Both the position numbers and the translations under genes were made by a program. This document shows, in pieces, positions 17,145 through 26,648 of a stretch of 41,649 bases of DNA. Source of the stretch: an uncultured Bacilli bacterium (lineage in GTDB: Bacteria > Bacillota_I > Bacilli_A > RF39 > UBA660); NCBI GenBank assembly GCA_947630495.1, contig CANRHS010000003.1, positions 1 through 41,649 of the forward strand. Reading direction: 5' to 3'. Within the stretch, counting starts at the first letter, position 1, and each line of letters opens with the position of its first letter. The notes under the pieces were generated by a model. It saw only the letters and a program-made list of their open reading frames with translations, did not search any database and was not told the origin of the DNA.

Positions 17145-19103
17145 ATGAAACTTAAAATAAATATTTTAAATATTATCATGTATTTATTATTCTTTGTTAT
17201 AATAGGAAGACTTTATTATTTACAAGTAATTAAATATGATTATTATAAAGAGTTATTAGATACAGCTAGTAATAAAGAAGTATTAGGTGATACAATGCCA
17301 AGAGGTAAGATATATGATAGAAATGGAGTATTATTAGTTGATAATAAAGTTCTTGGAACAATTTATTATAAAAAAGTAGATGGAGTAACTTTGAAAGAAG
17401 AGATTGAACTTGCTTATCAAGTAAAGGATTATTTAGAGTTAGATTATTCTAAGTTAACGAATTCTTACTTAAAAGATTTTTATATTTTAACTAATGAAGA
17501 TGAAGTAAACAAAAGAGTAAGTAGTGAAGATTATAATGATTATAAAAGAAGAAAGATAAGTGATAATGATTTTTATAAAATTAAAAAGAGTTTAGTAACG
17601 GACTCTGATTTAGAAAAGTATAATGATGAAGATAAGAAAGCTATTTATTTATATTATTTAATGAATAATGGTTATTCTTATGATGATAAGATTATTAAAG
17701 AAAGTGCAACTCCTGAAGAGTTTGCCTTTTTCTCGGAGAGTAATTTTAAATTAAAAGGATTTGATACAAAGTATACCTATGATAGGTACTATCCTTATGG
17801 AGATACTTTAAAAAGTGTTTTAGGTACAACTGGGAAAATAACAGCTGAAAATAAGGAGTATTATTTAAAAAAAGGGTATAGTTTAAATGATACAGTTGGT
17901 CTTAGTAATTTAGAATATATGTATGATGATTATTTAAAAGGAGAAAAAGAAGTTTATAAAATAAAGGGAGATGAAAAAATCTTAGTAAAGAACGGGAAAG
18001 TTGGGAATGATTTATATTTAACAATTGATATTAAATTACAAGAGTTAGTTGATAAAACCTTAGAGGCTGAAATAAAAAATGCTAAAGGGGGACTTAATAC
18101 GAGATATTTTGATAGGAGTTATGTAACAATTTCAAATCCTAATGATGGAAGTATTCTTTCAATGTCTGGAAAAATGTATCAAAATGGAAAAATGATGGAC
18201 TATGCCGTTGGGACTTTCACGGACACGATGACAAGTGGAAGTGTTGTTAAGGGTGCTAGTATTTTAACGGGTTATTCTGAAGGTGCTGTTAAAATAGGTG
18301 AGGGAATGGTTGATGAGTGTATCAAAATTAAGTCAACTCCTAAAAAGTGTTCGATTTATACCATGGGATATTTAAATGACTTACAAGCAATTGCTAATAG
18401 TAGTAATGTTTATCAATTTAAAATTGCTCTTCGAATTGGGGGAGTAAACTATTACTATGATGGACCGGCTGCTATTAAAGAAAATGCCTTTGATATTTAT
18501 CGCGGTTATTTTGCAAGATTTGGACTAGGAGTTAAAACCGAGATTGATTTACCTAATGAAAGTGTTGGTTATAAAGGAGAAAAGAAAGATGCCGGACTTC
18601 TTATGAATTTTGCAATTGGCCAATATGATACGTATACGAATATTCAATTAAATCAATATATTTCAACAATTGCAAATGGAGGCAACCGATATGCACTTCA
18701 CTTGATGTCTAAGATTTTAGATAATGATAAAGAAATAGTAACATATGAACCAAAGGTTTTAAATAAGTTAGATATTAAAGAAGAATATATTAAGAGATTA
18801 AAACAAGCCCTAAAGATGGTTATAACGGATGGAACTGGAAGAGGATATGTTGATTTAAGTTTAAATCCAAGTGGAAAAACGGGGACAAGTGAAACGTTTG
18901 TTGATTCTGATAACGACGGGAAATTTGAAACCGAGTCGATATCAACCGCGTTTATATCTTATTTCCCAAGTGATAATCCCAAGTATGCTATTAGTATATC
19001 AAGTCCTAATATTAGTTATAAAAATAATCATAGTACTTATATCTATCCTTTTAATAAAACTGTGATAAGAAAAATAACTGATAATATTAATCAGTTATCT
19101 TGA
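17145..19103 (+). CDS. class B penicillin-binding protein (PBP2/PbpA-like transpeptidase)
   Basis: N-terminal TM, PRGKIYDRNG, RYYPYG, SxxK (SVVK), SxN (SSN), IGQY, KTGT. Confidence 0.92.
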   Translation: MKLKINILNIIMYLLFFVIIGRLYYLQVIKYDYYKELLDTASNKEVLGDTMPRGKIYDRNGVLLVDNKVLGTIYYKKVDGVTLKEEIELAYQVKDYLELDYSKLTNSYLKDFYILTNEDEVNKRVSSEDYNDYKRRKISDNDFYKIKKSLVTDSDLEKYNDEDKKAIYLYYLMNNGYSYDDKIIKESATPEEFAFFSESNFKLKGFDTKYTYDRYYPYGDTLKSVLGTTGKITAENKEYYLKKGYSLNDTVGLSNLEYMYDDYLKGEKEVYKIKGDEKILVKNGKVGNDLYLTIDIKLQELVDKTLEAEIKNAKGGLNTRYFDRSYVTISNPNDGSILSMSGKMYQNGKMMDYAVGTFTDTMTSGSVVKGASILTGYSEGAVKIGEGMVDECIKIKSTPKKCSIYTMGYLNDLQAIANSSNVYQFKIALRIGGVNYYYDGPAAIKENAFDIYRGYFARFGLGVKTEIDLPNESVGYKGEKKDAGLLMNFAIGQYDTYTNIQLNQYISTIANGGNRYALHLMSKILDNDKEIVTYEPKVLNKLDIKEEYIKRLKQALKMVITDGTGRGYVDLSLNPSGKTGTSETFVDSDNDGKFETESISTAFISYFPSDNPKYAISISSPNISYKNNHSTYIYPFNKTVIRKITDNINQLS

Positions 19104-19657
19104 ATAATTTTTTCCATTCTTTCAATTATTTTATGATAAATTGGTTTCATTCCTTCTTCTGTTACAAAGTCATCAATGTGTTTTAAATCTAACCATTTAA
19201 CACTCGAGTTTTCATCTTCTTTGTTATGAATAAAATCTTTATCATTAGCTTTAAATAAATAAGTAACATTTAAGTGAACATGAGGGGTAATCCATTTACC
19301 TCTTTTTATGTGACCTTTGACTTCAATTACATCTAAACTAATAATCTCAGGAGTTACTAAAGTGAATTTTTTAAGACTACTTTCTTCAGTTGTTTCTCGT
19401 TCTGCAACTTTAAGTAAATCTTCTTCACCATCTGCATGTCCTCCTAGCCAACAGTAGGACTTATAAATATTATGATAAGCCATCAATACTTTAGTATAAT
19501 CTTGATTAACAACAAAACTACTACTTGTAAAGTGACCAAATACATTATTTCTTGTTAGGCAATCATCAAAAGTATCAAGATACTTTAACATGACTTTTTT
19601 ATCTTCTGTTTCTTGCATATTATAAGGTTTATAATTTCTAATTAATTCTTTTAACAT
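19091..19657 (-). CDS. NUDIX hydrolase
   Basis: GHFTSS; Nudix box GGHADGEEDLLKVAERETTEES. Confidence 0.88.
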   Translation of the reverse strand: MLKELIRNYKPYNMQETEDKKVMLKYLDTFDDCLTRNNVFGHFTSSSFVVNQDYTKVLMAYHNIYKSYCWLGGHADGEEDLLKVAERETTEESSLKKFTLVTPEIISLDVIEVKGHIKRGKWITPHVHLNVTYLFKANDKDFIHNKEDENSSVKWLDLKHIDDFVTEEGMKPIYHKIIERMEKIIQDN

Positions 19658-19690
19658 AACATCACCAAGATAATTATAAAATAGAATAAC

Positions 19691-20641
19691 TTATTTAACA
19701 AGATGATTAATTAAATTTTCTAATTTTTTTAAGAAAGGATAAAAGATTAAGATAGATAAAAAGTTAAACATTGTATGAATTAGGGCAATATGAAAAGAAT
19801 TAACTTTGATATCTAAAAAACTTAAAGAAAATAGTTTAGCAAGATAAAAGAGAATCATGAAAATAACTGTTCCAATTATATTATATAAAAGATGACTAAC
19901 AGCAACTTTCTTAGCATTTTTAGAAGTTCCAATACTTGCAACTAAAGTAGTAAGACAAGTCCCAATATTTTCACCCATGATAATAGGAATAGCATTTTGA
20001 TAAGTTAGATAGTTAGACTCAGAAATAGTTTGTAAAATAGCAATTGTTGCTGATGATGATTGTAAGATTGAAGTTGTAATAATACCAATTAAGACTCCTA
20101 AAAGGGGATTGTCAAATAAAAGTAACATAGTCTTGAACCAAGCATACTTACTAATTGGATTAAGGCTTTTCGATAACATCATAAGACCTAACATGAAAAT
20201 AGCAAAACCTATTAAGATATTACCTCTAACGGGTCTTTTCTTAAAAGAATAAATTAAACCTATTAATAAAAGAATAGGAATATAAGTATTTAAATTAAAT
20301 AACTTTAAAATATTACTCGTGTTACTAACATTAAGGAGTCCTACAAGCCAAGAAGTAATACAAGTACCAAGATTAGCACCCATCATGATACCAAGTGAAT
20401 TATGAAAACTAATTAAACTAGAATTAACTAAACTAACAGTTCCAATCGTAACAATAGTTGAACTTCCAATTAAAGATGTAATAATTGTACCAAAGATAAT
20501 TCCTTTTAAAGGAGTTTTCGTATATTTTTGTAAAATATCTTTAATTTTATCCTGATAAATATTTTCTAAAGATGAAGAAAATAAATTAATACCATAGATA
20601 AATAGAAGAATACTGATTAAAAAATTAAATAATATTGTCAT
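19691..20641 (-). CDS. Na/Pi cotransporter family protein (no C-terminal PhoU-like domains)
   Basis: Duplicated motifs GSST/QSSSAT and GANLGT/GENIGT; multiple TMs. Confidence 0.85.
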   Translation of the reverse strand: MTILFNFLISILLFIYGINLFSSSLENIYQDKIKDILQKYTKTPLKGIIFGTIITSLIGSSTIVTIGTVSLVNSSLISFHNSLGIMMGANLGTCITSWLVGLLNVSNTSNILKLFNLNTYIPILLLIGLIYSFKKRPVRGNILIGFAIFMLGLMMLSKSLNPISKYAWFKTMLLLFDNPLLGVLIGIITTSILQSSSATIAILQTISESNYLTYQNAIPIIMGENIGTCLTTLVASIGTSKNAKKVAVSHLLYNIIGTVIFMILFYLAKLFSLSFLDIKVNSFHIALIHTMFNFLSILIFYPFLKKLENLINHLVK

Positions 20642-20683
20642 ACTATTATTTATTAAAAAAATAAAAATTAATTCCAAAAAGTC

Positions 20684-20712
20684 TTGAAAGTTAATGATAT
20701 AAATGCTATAAT
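20684..20712 (+). promoter_or_regulatory. sigma-A promoter of the phe operon
   Basis: TTGAAA-17 bp-TATAAT with an extended TG. Confidence 0.75.
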
Positions 20713-20729
20713 ATGCTTGTATTTAGGTT

Positions 20730-20907
20730 ATTGAAGAGGGAAAAGTAGTAGTTTATTTTAAAGTTTTAAGAGAGTTAGTGGGTGCTGAGAACTAATAACT
20801 TGGATAGATGAATTCACTTCCTGAAATAAATCGTTAATCGCGTTAAGATAATTAAGTAAAAATTAGGATGGTACCGTCTGTTGACTCCTTTGGTATCGTC
20901 CTTTTTT
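20730..20907 (+). promoter_or_regulatory. T-box riboswitch with Phe specifier (UUC)
   Basis: AGTA, AGAGAG and GCTGAGA stem-I motifs; specifier GAA-TTC-AC (TTC 20813-20815); T-box AATTAGGATGGTACCG 20861-20876; T run ending at 20907; upstream of pheST. Confidence 0.9.
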
Positions 20908-20924
20908 AATGAAGGGAGTAAGGT

Positions 20925-21647
20925 ATGAAAAAAGCTATCTTGATTATTCATGGTTTTATAGGAACAATTTCTGATAATGAGTATTTGCAAAATTATTTAA
21001 CTTATGATTCGAACTTTGATGTCTTTTCTAAAACATTGCCGGGACATTTTAAGAATAATGAGGATTATCAAAAAGTAGAATATCTTGAGTGGATTAAGTT
21101 TGTTGATTTAGAAATTACGGAACTTATTAATCATGGATATAAATCTATTTATGTAATAGGTCATAGTATGGGAGGTATCTTAGCAGGATATGCTGCAAGT
21201 AAATATAAGGAAGTTAAAAAAGTTGTTTTCTTAAATGCTGCTTATACGTATTTAAATTTAAAACAAACAAAAGTGGATATCTTAGAAAATAGAGATTATA
21301 AAGATTATATAGAAGTATTTAGTAGAGTTTTACATACTTCATTTCCATTCTTTTTAGAACTTGTTAAGTTAGTTAAAGAATATTATAGTTGTTTAAAAGA
21401 TATTAAGGCGGATGCTTTGATTTTACAAAGTGATATGGATCAAGTAATTCCAATTGAAACACCAATGGAAATATATAATACCATTAAAAGTCCAGAAAAA
21501 TATGTTACCTATTTAGAAGGAGAAAGACATATGATATTTGATGGTAGTTTGGAAAATAGAAGTAGAAAACATGAAATTGCTGAATATATAAGAATATTTT
21601 TAAATGGAGGAAATAAATGGAGGAATATATGGAAAGAGAAGATATAA
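20925..21647 (+). CDS. alpha/beta hydrolase (carboxylesterase/monoacylglycerol lipase-like)
   Basis: IIHGF, TLPGH, nucleophile GHSMGG, DQVI, RH. Confidence 0.88.
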   Translation: MKKAILIIHGFIGTISDNEYLQNYLTYDSNFDVFSKTLPGHFKNNEDYQKVEYLEWIKFVDLEITELINHGYKSIYVIGHSMGGILAGYAASKYKEVKKVVFLNAAYTYLNLKQTKVDILENRDYKDYIEVFSRVLHTSFPFFLELVKLVKEYYSCLKDIKADALILQSDMDQVIPIETPMEIYNTIKSPEKYVTYLEGERHMIFDGSLENRSRKHEIAEYIRIFLNGGNKWRNIWKEKI

Positions 21648-22663
21648 TAAAAAAATTAGAAAGTGATTTAGAAAGTATTAAAACAAAAAATGATTTACAA
21701 ACCATTAAGGCTAGTTATTTAGGTAAAAATGGAATAGTTACCAATTTAAGTTTAAAAATGAAAGAGATTCCTAATGAGGAAAAGAAAGAATATGGTAAGT
21801 TTTTAAATCTTATTAAGGAAGAAGTAACAACAAAACTAAATGATAAAGAACAAGAGTTAGATAAAATGTTACTTGATATGAAGTTAAATAATGAAAAGAT
21901 TGATATTACTTTACCTAGTAGAAGGTCTTTAAAGGGAAGTATTCATCCTATGACAAGAATTGTTGAGGAGTTAGAAGACTTGTTTGTATCAATGGGCTAT
22001 GATGTTATCTCAGGGCCTGAAATTGATACGGATATGAATAGTTTTACAAAACTTAATTTACCTGAGGGACATCCAGCAAGAGATGCTCAAGATACCTTCT
22101 ATTTAGATAAGGATTATTTATTAAGACCACATACTTCACCTGCTCAAGTAAGAACGATGGAAGCCAATAAAGATAAAACACCTTTAAGAATTGTTTGTCC
22201 AGGAAAAGTTTATAGAAGAGATGATGATGCAACGCATTCTCATCAATTTATGCAATTTGAAGGCTTAGTAATTGGAGAAGATATTTCCCTTGCGGATTTA
22301 AAAGGTACTTTAGAGTTATTTGCTAAGAAGTTACTTGGAGAAAAAACAAATGTTAGGTTCCGTCCTAGTTACTTCCCATTTACAGAACCTTCGTGTGAAG
22401 TGGATGTTACTTGCTTTAAATGTGGAGGAAAAGGTTGCAGTCTTTGCAAGCAAACAGGTTGGATTGAAGTTTTAGGTGCAGGGGTAGTGCACCCTAATGT
22501 TTTAAGAATGTCTGGCTATGACCCTGAAAAATATACCGGATTTGCCTTTGGTCCTGGAATTGACAGATTTGCTATGTTTAAATACGGGATAACGGATATC
22601 AGACAAATTTATACAAATGATATAAGATTTTTAGAACAATTTGATAGAAAGGATGTTGATTAA
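21629..22663 (+). CDS. pheS: phenylalanine--tRNA ligase alpha subunit
   Basis: HPARDAQDTFY, LLRPHTSP, YRRDDDATHSHQF, RFRPSYFPFTEPS, GFAFG; start 21617 or 21629. Confidence 0.96.
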   Translation: MEREDIIKKLESDLESIKTKNDLQTIKASYLGKNGIVTNLSLKMKEIPNEEKKEYGKFLNLIKEEVTTKLNDKEQELDKMLLDMKLNNEKIDITLPSRRSLKGSIHPMTRIVEELEDLFVSMGYDVISGPEIDTDMNSFTKLNLPEGHPARDAQDTFYLDKDYLLRPHTSPAQVRTMEANKDKTPLRIVCPGKVYRRDDDATHSHQFMQFEGLVIGEDISLADLKGTLELFAKKLLGEKTNVRFRPSYFPFTEPSCEVDVTCFKCGGKGCSLCKQTGWIEVLGAGVVHPNVLRMSGYDPEKYTGFAFGPGIDRFAMFKYGITDIRQIYTNDIRFLEQFDRKDVD

Positions 22664-22664
22664 A

Positions 22665-25025
22665 ATGAAGTTAAGTACAAAATTTTTAAAAGATTATGTA
22701 GATGTTCCTGTTGATTATCAAGAATTAGCGGATAGAATGACTTCAATTGGTAATGAATATGATAGTGCATCTCCTTTAATTCCGGCAACGGACTTAGTTA
22801 TTGGTGAAGTTTTAGAATGTAAACCACATCCTGATAGTGACCATCTTCATGTAACACTTGTTGATATTGGAACTGAGAAACTTCAAATTGTCTGTGGGGC
22901 TCCCAATGTTAAAGAGGGTATAAAAGTAATTGTTGCTAAACCTGGTGCTGTTTTACCAGAAGTAACTATTAAGAAAAGTGTTATTCGGGGAGTTGAATCC
23001 AATGGCATGCTATGTGCTTTATTTGAACTTGGACTTGATAAAAAATATTTACATGAAGAAGATATAAATGGTATTTGTATATTAGGAAAAGATGCTAAGG
23101 TAGGGGATGACCCTATCAAATATCTTGGACTTGATGATGAAGTAATTGACTTTGAACTTACAAGTAATAGGGGCGACTTACTTAGTATTTTAGGTATGGC
23201 TTATGAAGTTGGAGCCATTTATGGAAACCCCGTTAAAGAAATGGACACAACTTTTAAAGAAGAAGGAGAAGATATCAACAAAAGTTTTAAGGTTAAAGTA
23301 AATACAAAAGATTGTACTTTATTCTTAGCAAAAAGTGTTAAAGATGTTGTAATCAAAGAAAGCCCTAACTTTATTAAAGAAAGACTTATTGCAAGTGGTA
23401 TTAGACCAATTAATAATGTTGTTGATATTTCAAATTATGTTATGTTAGAAACCGGACAACCATTACATTTCTATGATGCTGATACTTTAGGAGGCGAACT
23501 TGAAGTAAGAAATGCGAAAGAGGGAGAAAAGTTAACAACCCTTGATAAAAACGAAAGAGTTTTATCTGATGACATTGTAATTTCTTCTCACGGAAAGGCA
23601 ATTGGACTAGCCGGAGTAATGGGAGGACTTGATACTGAAATAACTAATAATACCAAGAATATTATCATTGAAAGTGCTATCTTCAATAATGTTAAAATCA
23701 GAATGACTTCTAAAAAAATCTTAAGAAGTGAAGCTAGCAATCGTTTTGAAAAAGGAATTGACCCAAATCGAACTTATCTGGCAATTGAAAGATGCTGTAA
23801 TCTCTTAGAAAAATATGCTGATGCTAAAATTCAAACTGGGTTAGTTATCTTTGATCAAGAAAATAAAGATGATAAAGAAATCGAAATAACCTTTGATAAA
23901 ATAAATAAAGTTTTAGGTTTAGAAGTACCACATGAAGAAGTAATAAAAATATTTAAGAACTTACAATTTGAAGTTAAAGAAAATAAAGATACTTTAAAAG
24001 TTAAAGTTCCATCTAGAAGAATTGATATTTCAATTAAAGAAGATTTAATTGAAGAAGTAGGTAGATTCTATGGACTTGAAAATATTGTTGGTAAACTTCC
24101 AACGGTTCCTCTTAAACCCGGAAAGTTCAATAAAACTTTAAGAGAAATAAAACATAAAATGGCTAACCTTGGTCTAAATGAATGTTTAAGTTATGCTTTA
24201 ATTAGGGAATCAGAGTTTCCATATTTCCAAACTGATGTTAAAGAAATGGTTAAAGTTTTAGACCCAATGACGGAAGACCATGCGGTTATGCGTTATAGTT
24301 TACTTTCATCTTTAATGAATATTTATACTTATAATAAATCAAGAGGCATAAATGACATCCATATATTTGAGATGGGCAATGGTTTTTATAAAGAAAATAA
24401 TGAATACAAAGAAGAAATGAAACTTGCAGCCTTATTATCAGGAGAATATAAGTTAGGTTTTGAAACAATTAAATTTAATTTCTATGATATAAAAGGTATT
24501 TTAGAAGATTTACTTGATTTCTTAGGATTTAAAGATAGATATACTTTAGAAGTTACAGATCTTCCTAAAGAATTACATCCATATCAAAGTGCAAGTATTA
24601 TCCTTAATGGTAAAAATATTGGTATAATTGGAAAAATCAATCCCGCCTTTAATAAAGATGATATCTATGTCATGGAAATATCTGTTAGTAAATTATTAGA
24701 AAATCGAGTTAAAGGAATTACTGTTTCTGAAATTAGTAAATATCCAACTATCTTAAAAGATGTAGCATTCATTTTAGATAAAGATATAGTTGCAAGTAAT
24801 GTTTTAAAGGAAATTAAAAGACTTGGAGGAAAACTTCTTAAGGATATTCAAATATTTGATTATTATGTAGGAGATAAGATTGATAGTAACAAAAAATCTT
24901 TAGCCTTTAAACTAACATTTAATGATATGAATAGAACTTTAACTGATGATGAAGTTATGGAAATATTTGATAAAATAATTAAGGGTATAGAAAGTAAATT
25001 CAAAGCCCAAGTAAGAGATAAGTAG
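22665..25025 (+). CDS. pheT: phenylalanine--tRNA ligase beta subunit
   Basis: HPDSDHL, IVCGAPN, SNGMLC, NRGDLLS, RPINNVVDISNYV, RFEKG, DLIEEVGR, FDX-ACB C-terminus. Confidence 0.96.
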   Translation: MKLSTKFLKDYVDVPVDYQELADRMTSIGNEYDSASPLIPATDLVIGEVLECKPHPDSDHLHVTLVDIGTEKLQIVCGAPNVKEGIKVIVAKPGAVLPEVTIKKSVIRGVESNGMLCALFELGLDKKYLHEEDINGICILGKDAKVGDDPIKYLGLDDEVIDFELTSNRGDLLSILGMAYEVGAIYGNPVKEMDTTFKEEGEDINKSFKVKVNTKDCTLFLAKSVKDVVIKESPNFIKERLIASGIRPINNVVDISNYVMLETGQPLHFYDADTLGGELEVRNAKEGEKLTTLDKNERVLSDDIVISSHGKAIGLAGVMGGLDTEITNNTKNIIIESAIFNNVKIRMTSKKILRSEASNRFEKGIDPNRTYLAIERCCNLLEKYADAKIQTGLVIFDQENKDDKEIEITFDKINKVLGLEVPHEEVIKIFKNLQFEVKENKDTLKVKVPSRRIDISIKEDLIEEVGRFYGLENIVGKLPTVPLKPGKFNKTLREIKHKMANLGLNECLSYALIRESEFPYFQTDVKEMVKVLDPMTEDHAVMRYSLLSSLMNIYTYNKSRGINDIHIFEMGNGFYKENNEYKEEMKLAALLSGEYKLGFETIKFNFYDIKGILEDLLDFLGFKDRYTLEVTDLPKELHPYQSASIILNGKNIGIIGKINPAFNKDDIYVMEISVSKLLENRVKGITVSEISKYPTILKDVAFILDKDIVASNVLKEIKRLGGKLLKDIQIFDYYVGDKIDSNKKSLAFKLTFNDMNRTLTDDEVMEIFDKIIKGIESKFKAQVRDK

Positions 25026-25032
25026 GTGATTT

Positions 25033-26316
25033 ATGAAATTAATGAATTTAAAAGGAACTTCGGATTTCCTGCCTAATGAACAAGTTTTAAGAAATAAAAT
25101 AATTAATACCTTAAGAACTAATTTTGAAAAATATGGTTATTTACCTCTTGAAACTCCCATTTTAAATTATTATGATTTACTTGCTTATAAGTATTCAGAT
25201 GATGCTGAGATTTTAAATGAAATCTATAAATTAAAAGACCAAGGAGAAAGAAATCTGGGCCTACGTTATGATTTAACAGTTCCTTTTTGTAAAGTAATAG
25301 GTCTTAATAAAGATTTAAGATTACCATTCAGAAGATATGAAATAGGTAAGGTATTTAGAAATGGCCCTGTTAAATTAGGTAGAACTAGAGAGTTTTATCA
25401 ATGTGATATAGATGTTGTTGGAATTGATAATAGAATTATTGAAGCTGAACAAATCTTGATGGCTATTAATACTTATAAGGAACTTGGAATAGAAGTATTC
25501 GTTAAGTATAATAATCGAAAACTTATGTCTGGTTTAATTAAGGAAGTAGGAATAGATGAAAAACTTATTCCAAGTGTAATCTCAGTCATTGATAAACTTG
25601 AAAAAATAACACATCAAGAACTTGTTAGTAATTTAAAAGATTTAGGGTTAGAAACTGATACTATTAATAATTTATTAACTAACTTTAATTATAGTTTAGT
25701 AGAATATGAAGATATTTTTAAAGATGCTTCTAACATTAATATTAAAGAAGGATTAGAAGAGTTAAAGGAATTAAATTATTATTTACAAGAACTAGGTATA
25801 ATAGATGATTGTAAGTTTACTCCAACTCTTGCAAGAGGCTTAACTATTTATACAGGAGTAGTCTTTGAGTTTTATGATAAGAAAATGCGACTTACATGCG
25901 CGCTTGGAGCCGGCGGACGTTATAATAAGATAATAACAGATTTCATGAATAATGGTAATTTATATCCTGCAATTGGTCTATCATTTGGACTTGAACCAAT
26001 CTATACAATTTTAAAAAATGAAAATACTAATTTAAGTTTAATTGATATTTATTTAGTTCCTCTTGATACTAATATAGAATGTTTAAAACTAGCAACTACC
26101 TTAAGAGATAATGGTATATCTGTTTTAGTTGAAATGAATAAGAAGAAAGTTGCTAAATGTTTTGAATATGCTGAACATGAAAATATTAATTATATTAGTA
26201 TAATTGGTAGTAATGAAATAGAATCTAAAGAAATTAGAGTTAAAAATATGCAAACTAAAGAAGAAACTACTTTAAAAATCGAAGAATTAGTAAATTTCTT
26301 GAAAAATAAAATATAA
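25033..26316 (+). CDS. hisS: histidine--tRNA ligase
   Basis: KGTSDF, LRYDLTVP, REFYQCDID, LARGLTIYTG, GGRY, anticodon-binding C-terminus. Confidence 0.93.
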   Translation: MKLMNLKGTSDFLPNEQVLRNKIINTLRTNFEKYGYLPLETPILNYYDLLAYKYSDDAEILNEIYKLKDQGERNLGLRYDLTVPFCKVIGLNKDLRLPFRRYEIGKVFRNGPVKLGRTREFYQCDIDVVGIDNRIIEAEQILMAINTYKELGIEVFVKYNNRKLMSGLIKEVGIDEKLIPSVISVIDKLEKITHQELVSNLKDLGLETDTINNLLTNFNYSLVEYEDIFKDASNINIKEGLEELKELNYYLQELGIIDDCKFTPTLARGLTIYTGVVFEFYDKKMRLTCALGAGGRYNKIITDFMNNGNLYPAIGLSFGLEPIYTILKNENTNLSLIDIYLVPLDTNIECLKLATTLRDNGISVLVEMNKKKVAKCFEYAEHENINYISIIGSNEIESKEIRVKNMQTKEETTLKIEELVNFLKNKI

Positions 26317-26336
26317 TTATTTTAGATTAAAACAAT

Positions 26337-26364
26337 AAAAAGTTACGTAATTGTAACTTTTTTT
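26337..26364. terminator. bidirectional terminator after hisS
   Basis: AAAAAGTTAC...GTAACTTTTTTT. Confidence 0.7.
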
Positions 26365-26370
26365 GATTAT

Positions 26371-26389
26371 AAAAAAAGCCTAATGGCTT
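26371..26389 (-). terminator. terminator of tRNA-Ala
   Basis: AAGCC-taat-GGCTT with a U run on the minus strand. Confidence 0.55.
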
Positions 26390-26399
26390 AATTCAAATT

Positions 26400-26475
26400 T
26401 GGTGGAGCATAGGAGGATCGAACTCCTGACCTCCACGGTGCAAACGTGGCGCTCTCCCAGCTGAGCTAATGCCCC
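26400..26475 (-). tRNA. tRNA-Ala(TGC)
   Basis: GGGGCATTAGCTCAGCTGGGAGAGCGCCACGTTTGCACCGTGGAGGTCAGGAGTTCGATCCTCCTATGCTCCACCA; 76 nt, TGC anticodon, G3:U70, encoded CCA. Confidence 0.97.
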
Positions 26476-26508
26476 AAAAAAGGTTTTTTATGTCAAACGA
26501 CATATAGA

Positions 26509-26538
26509 ATTATATTACATAACTATAATAATTGTCAA
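26509..26538 (-). promoter_or_regulatory. promoter of tRNA-Ala
   Basis: TTGACA-18 bp-TATAAT on the minus strand. Confidence 0.65.
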
Positions 26539-26648
26539 GAAATTTTGAATATTTTTTTAATTTTTTTTCGATTTTTAGAAAAAATACGAGAAATAGTACC
26601 AAAATATAATTAGATGTGATATAATATATGCAGTTAAGGGGTGATTAT

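Noticed and set aside
26400-26475. tRNA-Ala as an island integration site
   Set aside because: I saw no duplicated tRNA 3' end or integrase, and the 3' side abuts hisS.
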